Shown here piece by piece: positions 1 to 12,500 of a stretch of DNA of 64,000 nt (position 1 is its first letter; each line of letters starts with the position of its first letter). The stretch is from Eimeria praecox. Lineage: Eukaryota. The stretch is from NCBI GenBank assembly GCA_963920595.1, contig OY986950.1:372001-436000 (forward strand), in the 5' to 3' direction. The position numbers and the translations under genes are program-made. Below the pieces are notes generated by a model. The model was not told where the DNA came from, did no database searches, and saw only the letters and a program-made list of their open reading frames with translations.

Positions 1-663
1 GGCACCTCATGAGCTTCTGGCCTGCTGTAGAACATTTTCTTCCGTTCCCCTAGGAAGTGTGTCATAGCTGTGGAGGTATTCGTGTGCAAGCAAAAGCCAA
101 CTAAGCAATGCTTGTGTTGAGGGTACAACACGGATAGTGGCGCCAAGGACCGAATTAGCATTTTCGAATCCATGCGGAGCATGTGGTTGCAGTTATTTTG
201 GAAAGGCCTCCGGAGCACAGCTCAGGCTAAACCTATGTCCTAATGTTATTGTAGCAGCTGATATAGACGAGTGTGCGTTAAACGTGCTGGCTGGCGGCCA
301 GAGAGTGCAGGTCTGCTCGGCAAGGCACTATGGTGTGATTTGCCTGCCGAAAGAATATGAGGTGTTTACTGCCAGAGCGCTGGATTGGTGTTATTGGCGC
401 ACCCAATACACAGTTCAGCTAGGATATTTTTGTTGCAAATATAGCTTTGCTGCCAGCGCGGAAATCCGTGAAAGGGTTAAACATACTGTGCGCCCACCAG
501 CGGTCTACATGAATATTTCAGAATGCTACTGATGGTTCCTCATTTTCTTTATGAAGCGATGCTTGAACCGCCTGTGCAAATGGTAAGGACGTGCGTCGCG
601 TCTGCCTGACTAGCATGCAATGCACGCATGCAGTGGTAGTACAGGGCATGCGAAGGGCCAGCA
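1..663. repeat. Segmental duplication copy; matches 5916-6578 and probably continues left of the window
   Basis: Direct repeat at offset 5915. The 131-aa ORFs at 137 and 6052 are identical. I saw only ~2 substitutions, and the match ends at ...GAAGGGCCAGCA. Confidence 0.95.
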
Positions 664-1603
664 GGGCTACTCATGGCGAAGAGAACAAAAGCTAGCGCTT
701 GGCGAGGGGTGTCGCGCCCTCATGAGGCTGGCTGTCACTCTTAATTCGCGGGTGCTCTTTGTTAGAAGATGCGCTTATTTATTGTGGAGAGGACGTGATT
801 GCATGTTCCTCCGGCAAGCACCACGGAGGCAGTATCGAGAACCTGCAAGTGAGAAGAGAGGCATGCACTGCCTGTTCTATATGCCAGTCTTTCCGTCTGA
901 CTGTAACTGTCGTGATGCGTGCAGTTGTGTTGCTTTAGCAGAAACGAACAGTGGAGTGCGCATTTGTCCATTTAGTGATAATTGTCCATTTCCCGCATAG
1001 GCGCTCTAGCAGGAGTATTGCTTTTGTGAGAAATGCACAAAACATTGTGCTAGCTATTTAAGCAGAGTCTACCGGGCACTAAGTTTTGCTCAGGATTCAG
1101 TGCCGCTTAGCTTGGAGTTTGGAGCCCGTGATACTTGCCTCTCCATTCAGTTACAGAGGCACGCGTCTGCTATACATCTAAGCAGGAAACCATATAGAGA
1201 CTGCCGGAATCAGTTTGGATACACAATGGCGAAGCTGCTCAAAACCAGCTGCCGCCTGGGGCCAGAAATACCGAAGATGCCTTGAAGCTTTTCCAGCAAA
1301 ACATTGGTCAGGCGGTGCGTAATCTGAATGCATAATGCAAAAATGAACTTTGCGGCTGAAAGTACAGTCCACTAACGTCATTGGCCGAAGGCGATTCTTT
1401 GGGAATCCCCATTAATGGGGAGGTCCTGAAATGCAGCCAGAGAGTAGCGGGGCAATGCAGAAGTGCCTCATAGTCAAGCGAAGTAAACCCATGAGCCTAT
1501 TTGTTCAGGTGGTTCTGTGTTTTGGCTTCAGTGTAATGCGTGCTAGCTGTGGAAGCTTGAATGCGTGCGCTGTCAGCACCCTAGGATACACGCCAACACG
1601 GAC

Positions 1604-1757
1604 AGGTAGGTAGGCAGGTAGGTAAGTACATAGGTAGGTAGGTTGCCAGGTAGGTTGGTTGGTAGGTAGGTTGGCAGATAGGTAGGTAGTAGGCAGATAG
1701 GGAAGGTAGGGAAGGCAGGTAGGAAGGTAGGCAGAGAGGGAGGGAAAGAGGGAGGGC
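1604..1757 (+). repeat. Degenerate (GGTA)n/(GGAA)n purine-rich microsatellite ending in a G4-type motif
   Basis: Runs of AGGT/AGGC/AGGA. GGGAGGGAAAGAGGGAGGG lies at 1738-1756. Confidence 0.85.
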
Positions 1758-2253
1758 CAGGATGGTGAACCCTAATGCTAGCAGTTCTCTCTGGGAGAGA
1801 TAGCTTTTAGCATAGACGTGGTTGCGTTATATGCAATTATGAGTGCAGGCTACCAGTTAAAAAGGAAATTATTAATACGAGCGGCCTCACTCAAAGTTTT
1901 GAGCTCCATAGCGACTGACGAAATGCCTGTCTGCCTCCAGTGAAACATGTTCCTCCCGCAAGGCGGTGTGTTAGTGAACCAAGATATTTCAGTGGTAGAG
2001 TAACCCCCACTTAGAAGGCCGACTGAATCTGGCAGCCCTAGCTACGGAACCTGCATTAATGGCGCCGACATTCTTGACGACCAATAGCACGGTGCTTCCC
2101 CGTCTACGGCCTGCTGTCATTACGACTGCGTTAGGGAAGCTACCACCTCATACACTAAACGCGCTGCCACTGGCTTACCGTCTAGGCTTCTCACATTACA
2201 AACGCCCACCGCTAGATACGACTTTAAACCGTTTCATCCCATCCCAACAGCTA

Positions 2254-3888
2254 GTGCGTTGCCCTTTCACGAGATCCATGTTTCCGGTGACGGAAGAACC
2301 GATGTGGCGGTGCACCCTGCAGCCTGCCCAGTATCAAAGCGCCAAGGCCTATTGTGGACACAGTGGGAGCTGGCAATATCCAGTCAACCCGTCAATAGGC
2401 CTTAGATAGTGCTGCCTCACTCTAACATATTCAGTGGCTGGTGGAGCTATCGTATGGCTGGGTAGGTGTTTGTATGCCTTCACAGATAGATGGCATGTCT
2501 ATGAAGTTGTGTTTATGTGTTTTCCTATTATTATTAGGTTCCATTTGTTTAGACAGGAATAGGAATCTGCGCAGGTTGGAGGGAGGCGCAGTACGCGTTG
2601 ATCATGATTTGCTTTGCCTTGGCGGAGATATTTCTGGGTAGTGGCTTCGGCCAAGCCAGCAGTACCTTTAGCACTAGTCAGTGCTCTAACGTTTTCATGG
2701 CCTTGCACGTTCATGTGCATACCTCCTTGGGGCATGATTATTCTCTAGGCACCCCACCGGATACCCGCATATGCATTGCCTGCAGCATACGCCGTATAAC
2801 CATTTTCTCGTATGGGCCGTGCAGACTCTGCGGGTTGCTCTGCAGCTTGAACCGTTTTGGATTGGCTGCAAGCTGCTAAGTTAGAGGAGCTGCCTTGGGC
2901 CTGGATGCATGAGGTGTATGCAGTCCTTCTCCGTGATACAGCAGTTTGCTGCCCCCAGGATGCAACGTCGTACATGCCTCAGAGAGTGCGCATGCGTAGC
3001 TGCCATCCCGCGCAGTATATCTGTGCAGGTGAACAAACTCAAGCATTGGCCGTATACAAGGGCACGTGCCCTCGCAGTAGCGCATGGCAGGGTTGCCAGG
3101 GCGGTTGGACGGACTTCAACTCCATTTCGTCTTGAGAGATACAAGAGCAGTCTGTTCGCAAACGCCAGAAGGCTTCAAGGCGCAGTGTACCTGAGTATAG
3201 AGCTTCGCAATCGTCTAAATTGCACCCTCTGCATCTCCTGGAGTGGTTGGCACTCTGCGTGGTGGCTTGCTCTGCTCACCAAGAAGCAGCCTTGCTTGCA
3301 TCCTTGGGGCGTCTGCCTGCTACGAAGGTTGGCTGCATAATGGCCCCACGTGAAGCTGTCGATACCCTTTTGTATGCTTCGTAGGGAGCATGGTGGCTTC
3401 CTGAGAGAGGTTTATTGCCGCACGGCTTGCGTTGAGTATAATGTGCTGCAGGGGGTGGTGAATGCTTTGCATAAAGTGCCAATTAAGTTCCTTAGCAGTA
3501 CGCGTCAAAAGTAGCGTAACGCTCATTTCAACCGGTGCTTTGATATCTTTGGGTATATCTGCATTTGCCTTTTCCATTATCGTGACAAGCTTGTTCACGA
3601 GCGCTATGGACCTCCTAGTATGCTCTTCGCTCACGTCGAGACAACTGCAAAATCCCGGTACCTTGAGCAGGTGCAGGTGCAGGTATGCATACGTGCTGCA
3701 GGGGGCACCTCATGAGCTTCTGGCCTGCTGTAGAACATTTTCTTCCCTTCCCCTAGGAAGTGTGTCATAGCTGTGGAGGTATTCGTGTGCAAGCAAAAGC
3801 CAACTAAGCAATGCTTGGGTTGAGGGTACAACATGGGTAGTGGCACCAAGGACGGAACTAGCATTTTCGAATCCACGCACAGCAAGTG
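2254..3888. repeat. ~1.6-kb direct repeat, copy A
   Basis: Matches 4466-6100 at offset 2212 (paired ORFs 2499/4711, 2598/4810, 2909/5121, 3462/5674). Substitutions are scattered and denser at both ends. Confidence 0.95.
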
Positions 3889-4465
3889 CTTGTCACTGGC
3901 TGGGAGGTATACATGGCGTCTTTGGCAGCAAACAGACAGGCTATCGGACCGCAGCGTAGGTATTGCTGATGCGCTACGACTGCTGTACAAGCGAAGCGTA
4001 TGCGCGCCGCTTTACCTAACTGCCTAAACTGCAGGTTCCTGACGGTGTCGTGGGGCGTGGCGAATGTGGTGAGTGCTCCGTGAAGAAGGCGAACGCTCTT
4101 GACAAAGCACTGAGACTGCATATGTTTGCAAAAATCATCTCTGGTGCGAACGTCTAAAGCCCTAGATTGGTGCCATCCACCCTGCAAACTAGGCGCAGGC
4201 TTCAGCATTTTTGCACTGAGCATGCATGTTCACGCTTTGGGCGTCCTACTTCAGTATAGCCTGGGATATGCCTTCGTCAAAGCAAACCGTAATCATATTG
4301 ATACGCGGTAACTGCATTCTTGCGCGAACCACGGTGTACATCAGTCACACCCGTATGCACTATTGATGTTCACCTGTTTCAGCGTGCATGCCGTCACAAT
4401 TGTGCCGTCCTGAGCCTCAGACCACGGCCTGCTAGTCAGAGCTGTGCCACCACTTGGTCCAGCTT

Positions 4466-6578
4466 GTGCGTTCCCCTGTCACGAGATCCATGTTTCCGGT
4501 GACGGAAGAACAGACGTGGCGGTGCACCCGGCGGTCTGCCCAGTATCAAAGCGCCAAGGCCTATTGTGGACACAGTGGGAGCTGGCAATATCCAGTCAAC
4601 CCGTCAATAGGCCTTAGATAGTGCTGCCTCACTCTAACATATTCAGTGACTGGCGGGGCTGTCGTATGGCTGGGTAGGTGTTTGTATGCCTTCACAGATA
4701 GATGGCATGTCTATGAAGCTGTGTTTATGTGTTTTCCTATTATTATTAGGTTCCATTTGTTTAGACAGGAATAGGAATCTGCGCAGGTTGGAGGGAGGCG
4801 CAGTACGCGTTGACCATGATTTGCTTTGCCTTGGCGGAGATATTTCTGGGTAGTGGCTTCGGCCAAGCCAGCAGTACCTTTAGCACTAGTCAGTGCTCTA
4901 ACGTTTTCATGGCCTTGCACGTTCATGTGCATACCTCCTTGGGGCATGATTATTCTCTAGGCACCCCACCGGATACCCGCATACGCATTGCCTGCAGCAT
5001 ACGCCGTATAACCATTTTCTCGTATGGGCCGTGCAGACTCTGCGGGTTGCTCTGCAGCTTGAACCGTTTTGGATTGGCTGCAAGCTGCTAAGTTAGAGGA
5101 GCTGCCTTGGGCCTGGATGCATGAGGTGTATGCAGTCCTTCTCCGTGATACAGCAGTTTGCTGCCCCCAGGATGCAACGTCGTACATGCCTCAGAGAGTG
5201 CGCATGCGTAGCTGCCATCCCGCGCAGTATATCTGTGCAGGTGAACAAACTCAAGCATTCGCCGTATACAAGGGTACGTGCCCTCGCAGTAGCGCATGGC
5301 AGGGTTGCCAGGGCGGTTGGACGGACTTCAACTCCATTTCGTCTTGAGAGATACAAGAGCAGTCTGTTCGCAAACGCCAGAAGGCTTCAAGACGCAGTGT
5401 ACCTGAGTATAGAGCTTCGCAATCGTCTAAATTGCACCCTCTGCATCTCCTGGAGTGGTTGGCACTCTGCGTGGTGGCTTGCTCTGCTCACCAAGAAGCA
5501 GCCTTGCTTGCATCCTTGGGGCGTCTGCCTGCTACGAAGGTTGGCTGCATAATGGCCCCACGTGAAGCTGTCGATACCCTTTTGTATGCTTCGTAGTGAG
5601 CATGGTGGCTTCCGGAGAGAGGTTTATTGCCGCACGGCTTGCGTTGAGTATAATGTGCTGCAGGGGGTGGTGAATGCTTTGCATAAAGTGCCAATTAAGT
5701 TCCTTAGCAGTACGCGTCAAAAGTAGCGTAACGCTCATTTCAACCGGTGCTTGGATATCTTTGGGTATATCTGCATTTGCCTTTTCCATTATCGTGACAA
5801 GCTTGTTCACGAGCGCTATGGACCTCCTAGTATGCTCTTCGCTCACGTCGAGACAACTGCAAAATCCCGGTACCTTGAGCAGGTGCAGGTGCAGGTATGC
5901 ATACATGCTGCAGGGGGCACCTCATGAGCTTCTGGCCTGCTGTAGAACATTTTCTTCCGTTCCCCTAGGAAGTGTGTCATAGCTGTGGAGGTATTCGTGT
6001 GCAAGCAAAAGCCAACTAAGCAATGCTTGTGTTGAGGGTACAACACGGATAGTGGCGCCAAGGACCGAATTAGCATTTTCGAATCCATGCGGAGCATGTG
6101 GTTGCAGTTATTTTGGAAAGGCCTCCGGAGCACAGCTCAGGCTAAACCTATGTCCTAATGTTATTGTAGCAGCTGATATAGACGAGTGTGCGTTAAACGT
6201 GCTGGCTGGCGGCCAGAGAGTGCAGGTCTGCTCGGCAAGGCACTATGGTGTGATTTGCCTGCCGAAAGAATATGAGGTGTTTACTGCCAGAGCGCTGGAT
6301 TGGTGTTATTGGCGCACCCAATACACAGTTCAGCTAGGATATTTTTGTTGCAAATATAGCTTTGCTGCCAGCGCGGAAATCCGTGAAAGGGTTAAACATA
6401 CTGTGCGCCCACCAGCGGTCTACATGAATATTTCAGAATGCTACTGATGGTTCCTCATTTTCTTTATGAAGCGATGCTTGAACCGCCTGTGCAAATGGTA
6501 AGGGCGTGCGTCGCGTCTGCCTGACTAGCGTGCAATGCACGCATGCAGTGGTAGTACAGGGCATGCGAAGGGCCAGCA
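4466..6578. repeat. Composite repeat copy B (copy-A homologue plus a tail shared with 1-663)
   Basis: 4466-6100 matches 2254-3888, and 5916-6578 matches 1-663. Confidence 0.95.
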
Positions 6579-9500
6579 TTTGGGTGCAGGCAATCGGCTT
6601 AGATGCTAGGATTCGGCACTTCTTGGTGAAAATTCAATGCCTTGTGGGGTGTCGCATGCGCTAAGCTATGTGGCGGCTGCAGATGCTCCTAAACCTTCTC
6701 GCGCAAGTGCAGTTACCTGCTCTGCACCAGTAGCGTTATCGACGCGGTATACACCCTTCGTTAATAAGGCCATAATCGGCTTTCCGATACATCTATTTCT
6801 AAAGTAGCTTCAGTGTAGCGGCGCACACCTTCGTGTGTTGGCATCGTAATTGTGAATGTCGACCGTTTAGGGATCACTACTAGCCTTTTGAGCTTTTTTC
6901 GGTCTCTTTTGTTCGTCTAAACCACTGAAGAGAATGCACAGGGACCGTTTAATGGGGACGGCTGAATGCTGATGGGTGAAAGCGGCAATAGTAAAGAACG
7001 TAGGAATTCGGCTCACCAGAATGTCCCCTATCCATGAGTTGAGGGCTGGCTCCGGCAAGTAAGTGTTCTGAGATGCCAACAACAGTGGCACTGCAGGAGA
7101 GCTGCCTGTGCCCCCTAGTACATTGGTTGTGTTTCGCAGTTTGTGAGCTAGATCCGCAGTTACATAAGAGTGACCCGGATTACACCGCGATTTTTGTTCG
7201 TCGAAATATTGTTCCCTTTTGCGGAGCTAGATGAATTTGCCACAGAAAAGGTTCGGGAAACGGTGCTCGCTTGATCTTATATGACCGAAGTTTACGGCAA
7301 GCTCGTTTGTATTCAAAGGCCGAGTAATGTGGCAGGTTCCTTTCGAATACGTTAAGAGGGTCTTGACGGTTGTGTCGAGAGGGTATTCGTCGTGCCGCGT
7401 GTTGGCAGCACAGGAATTCTTCGGTAGGTGGAGCCTACTTCGCCGCAACCTATTAATCACGCTGAATCCGTTTAAGGGAAAGCACCGCAGAAAATGCGGC
7501 GCGCGCATGCTTGAAGGCTGATGCATCCTACGAGGAGGCGCAAGTGCTCCTCAGGGAAGATAGGTGATAAGAGTGGGTGTGACGTTTGTATCAGCGTCTT
7601 GCGCAAATTGTATGAGACAGGAGCATACCGCACGAACCAAAAAATCTGGAACAACACTCGTGGCTTGCCGGAGACAAGCGAGGTCTTGCCAACGTATTTG
7701 ATCGGCTATGCTCCAGGACGTCAGTTGCGAGCATCATCGCATGCGGTGGTAGAGATTTGGACTTCTACGCAGCTACTGCACTGGCAACGTTTTCTATATA
7801 GAGCGACTCTAGAATTTGGGAACCAGGTCATTCCCCGCGCACTGCACGCAGAACTTGTCACTAACAGCTGTGCGCGCACCAAATTACACTACTTGCGAAA
7901 AGAGGAACTGTATGGCCCCAGCAAGCAACCATTGGTAGGGAGCTAAACAATGAAGTGGCAGGGACAGGACGAATTTCTGGATTATGTATGCTTTTTCTTC
8001 AGGCACTGTTATAGCGTGGTCGAAGAAGTGTACGTTTAGGTCGGTGGCTGCAATGCAATGGCGTCGCCGAAATGATTTGAGAGCATTTCAATTCCTGCCT
8101 TGGCTCATTCTTTGCGTGATAAAGGTACAAGTACCACTCTAACAAGTTCTCAACTCAACTAACATATGCGTGCGCAGTCCACTTTGCAAATCTGATTCCC
8201 CGAGCAATTGCTGTGGGGAAGTGACCGCATAGAGCAACCGATTACGCGTGAATGGCAGTGCTTCCCAGCTCAAAGCATCAGCGTAACAAAATTTGTACAC
8301 GAAATTGTCATGGGCCAACGTCAAATTCTCGAAGATACACATGGCTTATTGCAGCTCTACCACCTTGGCGACCTGCTTTAAACTCATGCACATGGACAGT
8401 CCTCACATAGTAGTAAAGGTACCGGATAGGCTTCGTTATTGCGTGTGGAGTGCTTGAAGCTCGCAATCAGAAATTGCATTTTCCGAGGCAGCCGCGTGTC
8501 CAATGCAAAACCGTTTGCTTTTGTTTGGTGGAGACAAGCATCTGCGAACTGCAAGCAAACCAACTGTAGGCCTTGTTGATTTGTGTGCTTCACCCAAAGG
8601 ATAGGTATAACTGCTGGCCTGGCACTTGTGAGACTACGGTTTTAATGTATTTTGCTTTGGCTGACGCGATGTTTCTGCAAGGTCCTGAGGTAATGAATTC
8701 ATGTTTTAGCACATGAAGAAACTGCTTAAGGAACCCAACGACCGTCGTTGATAGGCTGATGAGTGAGGTGAGCCAACATAAGAGCTTAGGGAAGATGCAT
8801 GTGGCCCATTCAGCTGGGTCACGTTCCTCGGTGTTGGTTCATCTAGCAATTCGCCGTCATTTCACAGTTGTCCGGTTTTACACATGTTCAGCCAACCACA
8901 AAGCTTGCGCAGAAGTGGGAGCCGTAGTTTAACCACATTTCAGACCTCTGTTTGGCAGCTCCACAATTAAACGCATTTGGGTCGATGCAATGAAACTTCT
9001 TCAACAAAGCAAATGCTATTCTGCACAAAAGGGGTTTTTGGCGCAGCCAGTAGGTGACCACTCTCGAGATGGATGCGTCTTGTTTCCCAGCTTTGGTTCG
9101 CGCAGTTGGAGGGACCTTTTAGTGCAAAGCATTTGCTCATCGAGTTCAAAGCTTCAAGATGCGCTGGTGCTCCTCTTATCAGAATTCTTTTGTAGGAGCT
9201 TATAGCTCTGTTTCCCGCGCATGCACCTTACAGCATGGACATAAGGTGTTTTCGCCGACAAAACTTGGATTTGGTTTGCATGCACTAAGGACTCCGTCGT
9301 TTACATGCCTCAGGAGCTTGTGGAGGCGGGCATCGCATACGTTGACCAAATAAAGACTCTTTGCGAGGTGTAGCAAGCGCTGAATGCCGCTATAGACGTT
9401 TTCTAACACAGTAACACGTGCTCTGCTGATTTGTTGCTGTTTCCACCCTTGTTTGAGTTAGCGGGCCTGCATGGCTGCACATTGCATCACTTCATTACAT

Positions 9501-12500
9501 TCCTGTCCTGTCAGTAGCGTTGTGCCTTGTGAGGGCAAACCATCCATGGTATTCTAGCTCGTATGCTGCTTTTCTTCAAGGTGGAAAACAAGAGAAGTGG
9601 ACAGAGAAAGATGGCACTGATTTACAGACGAATGTGGTTACAGCAGTAAATAACTTAGGCTTGATGTCGTGACAGCTCGGTAGAGTACGCATGTTTCGAA
9701 TAATGCCAGAGTGCTCTTCTGTAGCATAGAGAGATTTGCTATTTGCCAGCAACAAGCATCAAGACCTTCTAGGAATGCTGAATAGACGTAGGCTGTGGTT
9801 CCAAGCTGCCTTTCGGGGGGCGTACGTGGACCTACTCCTGTGAGGCACTAGAGCGGTTGTGAGGACACGTAAGACTAAACCAGCGTTATTGGGAGTTGGC
9901 TCATCAACAGCAAAAGCTAGTGTAAGGCATACCATGTTTCTACTACATTGTGCTCTATGGAGACCAACACCGAAATTACGTGATCGTGCAACAGGTTGGA
10001 CGAAGTTAGGTACCTCATGGCAGGTGGTATGGCCTTGTTCCATACGTATATCTTTCCTTTCGCTTGCATATACAGCCAACCAGTCAAACTTGTGTAAACG
10101 CCGGTTACTAGTATCAGTAAATATATACGCAGAGACTGAAGGTTTTCAGATTACAGCCACTACACGATCACGCCTGCAAACTCTCTCCCTTGTGAGTTCC
10201 CCGGTCGTGTGCAGGAACTCCCAGCGCCCTCGCATCCTTCTCATATAGGGTATCGCCAAGCCTTTTGTGGCACGTGACACAGCTAGTGCGCCCAATCCCC
10301 TGCCATAAACCCACCCACGCTCACTTTTCATTTGCAGAGTTTAAACTCCTTGTCGCGGAGGTGGCATTCGGAACCATATTTTGTGTTCTTTTCACCATGT
10401 TCATAATTTCTTCCGTACTCGTTTTTGCAGGTGATGCTTAGGAGATACCAAACGGGGAAGCGTGCCGACGGAGGAGTGGTCTTTGGTAATTCTACGCATT
10501 TGGGGGGTTGCTGTAGCTTGTGTCTCAGCACGTGAATGCTTTAGACTGGTTAGGACACCCGGCTGTGAATTTTAAACTGGTATTGCCGTGACCTCACGGA
10601 GAGGGGTGTATGCTCCCGATGCATTCTACTGTAGCAGCCAAAGTCTTACAGTGTGGCAGTACTAAATTGTTAGCGCATACTCAATTGCTGGCGCAGCGTA
10701 TTGGCAAGCTCTCCTGGGTCCTAGGGATGGCCGACAGTATTGCATCTGAAGACCAAAGGGGTGCATGACGGGACCTGCCGTTGCTATTATGTTCGATTCA
10801 CTGGGTGGCATGGGTAGGAATAAAGCCTAATGGGACACTTTATTCGTGTTTTCTGCATGCCCTACGCCGCCAAACTATACTGCAGGAAGTATGCATTGAT
10901 AGGAACCAGTGGACAACCTCAGCAGCCTGCTACACACCCAGTCAATTCCAGCTTCTTCTGGCCACAATAAATGGGGCAGGCTGAACCTCTGTGCGGCATA
11001 ATTGTGACGTTGTATGCATAGTTTTAAGATACGGTTGCAGAGGGTATCCTCCAAAATTGTTGAGCGTAACTGGCCGTCAAGTCCGGCTAACGGAAGCGTG
11101 AAACAGTTGGTTGATAGTTTATGTAGAAATCACACGTATTACTTCGCACGCCTACAGGCTTTCCATCAGGACTTTTTTTCGGCCACATGTTTTCTTTTGC
11201 ATCTGTTTCCGACGATATTGAGGTTCTAGACGCTCTGACAAGCATCCTTTAAACGCTGGAAGTGTATACTTGCCTGTACCACTGGCAGCCAGTTGTGTGC
11301 ATCTACCTCTTTGAGGCTGCTAGCTGTTCCCTATATAATAGAATGTGCGCAAAATATTCAAAATGCTGGTTCATGCAACAGCGCGTTTTGCCTGTCAGAA
11401 ATGGTTAGAGTGGAGCATTTGCACTACCGGCGTTTTAGGTTAAAACGTTGATTTCCGGCTTTCTCTAGTAATTTTTTCTACACTAACGCTTGCTTCTTTG
11501 CTAGCCTCAAGGCTTTAAGATCTAAGGTTTAGAGTCGCACACAAATGACGAGGTTCTAAACATTTAGGCAAACGGGCCATTTGATTAAGTGCTTGCGCTC
11601 CCTTGTAGTATGGGATAGCCTGCTGCATTTAGTTCATGGAACGCTTCTTCTTGTACATGCAATCCAGAAGATGCATATGACGAACAATTATCCATTCATG
11701 TGCATTTGCGTTCGAAAATGTAATTCAGAACACGGCGGAACGACCTGAGTGCACTGTTCCCTTTTTTTCAATTGTATTTACCTCCAGTACAGAATTCTTG
11801 GCTGCCTCTCGCCTACTACAAAATGGCAGCTTTTGCAGGACCAACACGAAGCAGGGCAGCTCCTCTACATATGGATAAACGCGGTAAGATGGGTAGAATG
11901 TGCTGCATCATGTGTGGAGTGGGTGATACCCGGATGGCACAAACCACAATGATCAAGGAGGAAGCGATCTACAGCTGGACTTATCTTTCGACAATGCGGC
12001 GCGGTGCACCAGCCAAATCTTTGCGTTTGGATAAAGTGCTTAGCTTGGATCGTGTCCAATATAGGCTGATCTATGCAATTTGGCGCCAATCCGCGAGACT
12101 ACGGCAACCGTGAAGCACATGAAATGCGCCCGCAGACTATTCGCGGTCCTTTCCGTATTTATTATAAGCGTGCATTTCATGTAGGACCAGCACTTGCCGC
12201 GGATCTCTCGGAGAACGTCCCAGATCTAGTTTATTTTCCGGTAGTACAACAATGTGGCTAGTGTTTCATAGGCCTGTCGTACAGGCTTTTCAAATGGAGA
12301 TAGGAGGCAGTTTGTTCTTCAATTTCACACGTGGAGGGCATAAAAGCACTCGAGGTAGATAGTAAGTTGCAAATGCAAACGCCTATGGAAACCCCAAATC
12401 TTTGCCTGCACAGGTGCCTGAGCATGGCTAGAGTGTGGCTTTTGCCTTCTGCGGTTCTTGAGGCGTTACAAGCAGAGACGGATACCGCCCCTAGGTCGGA

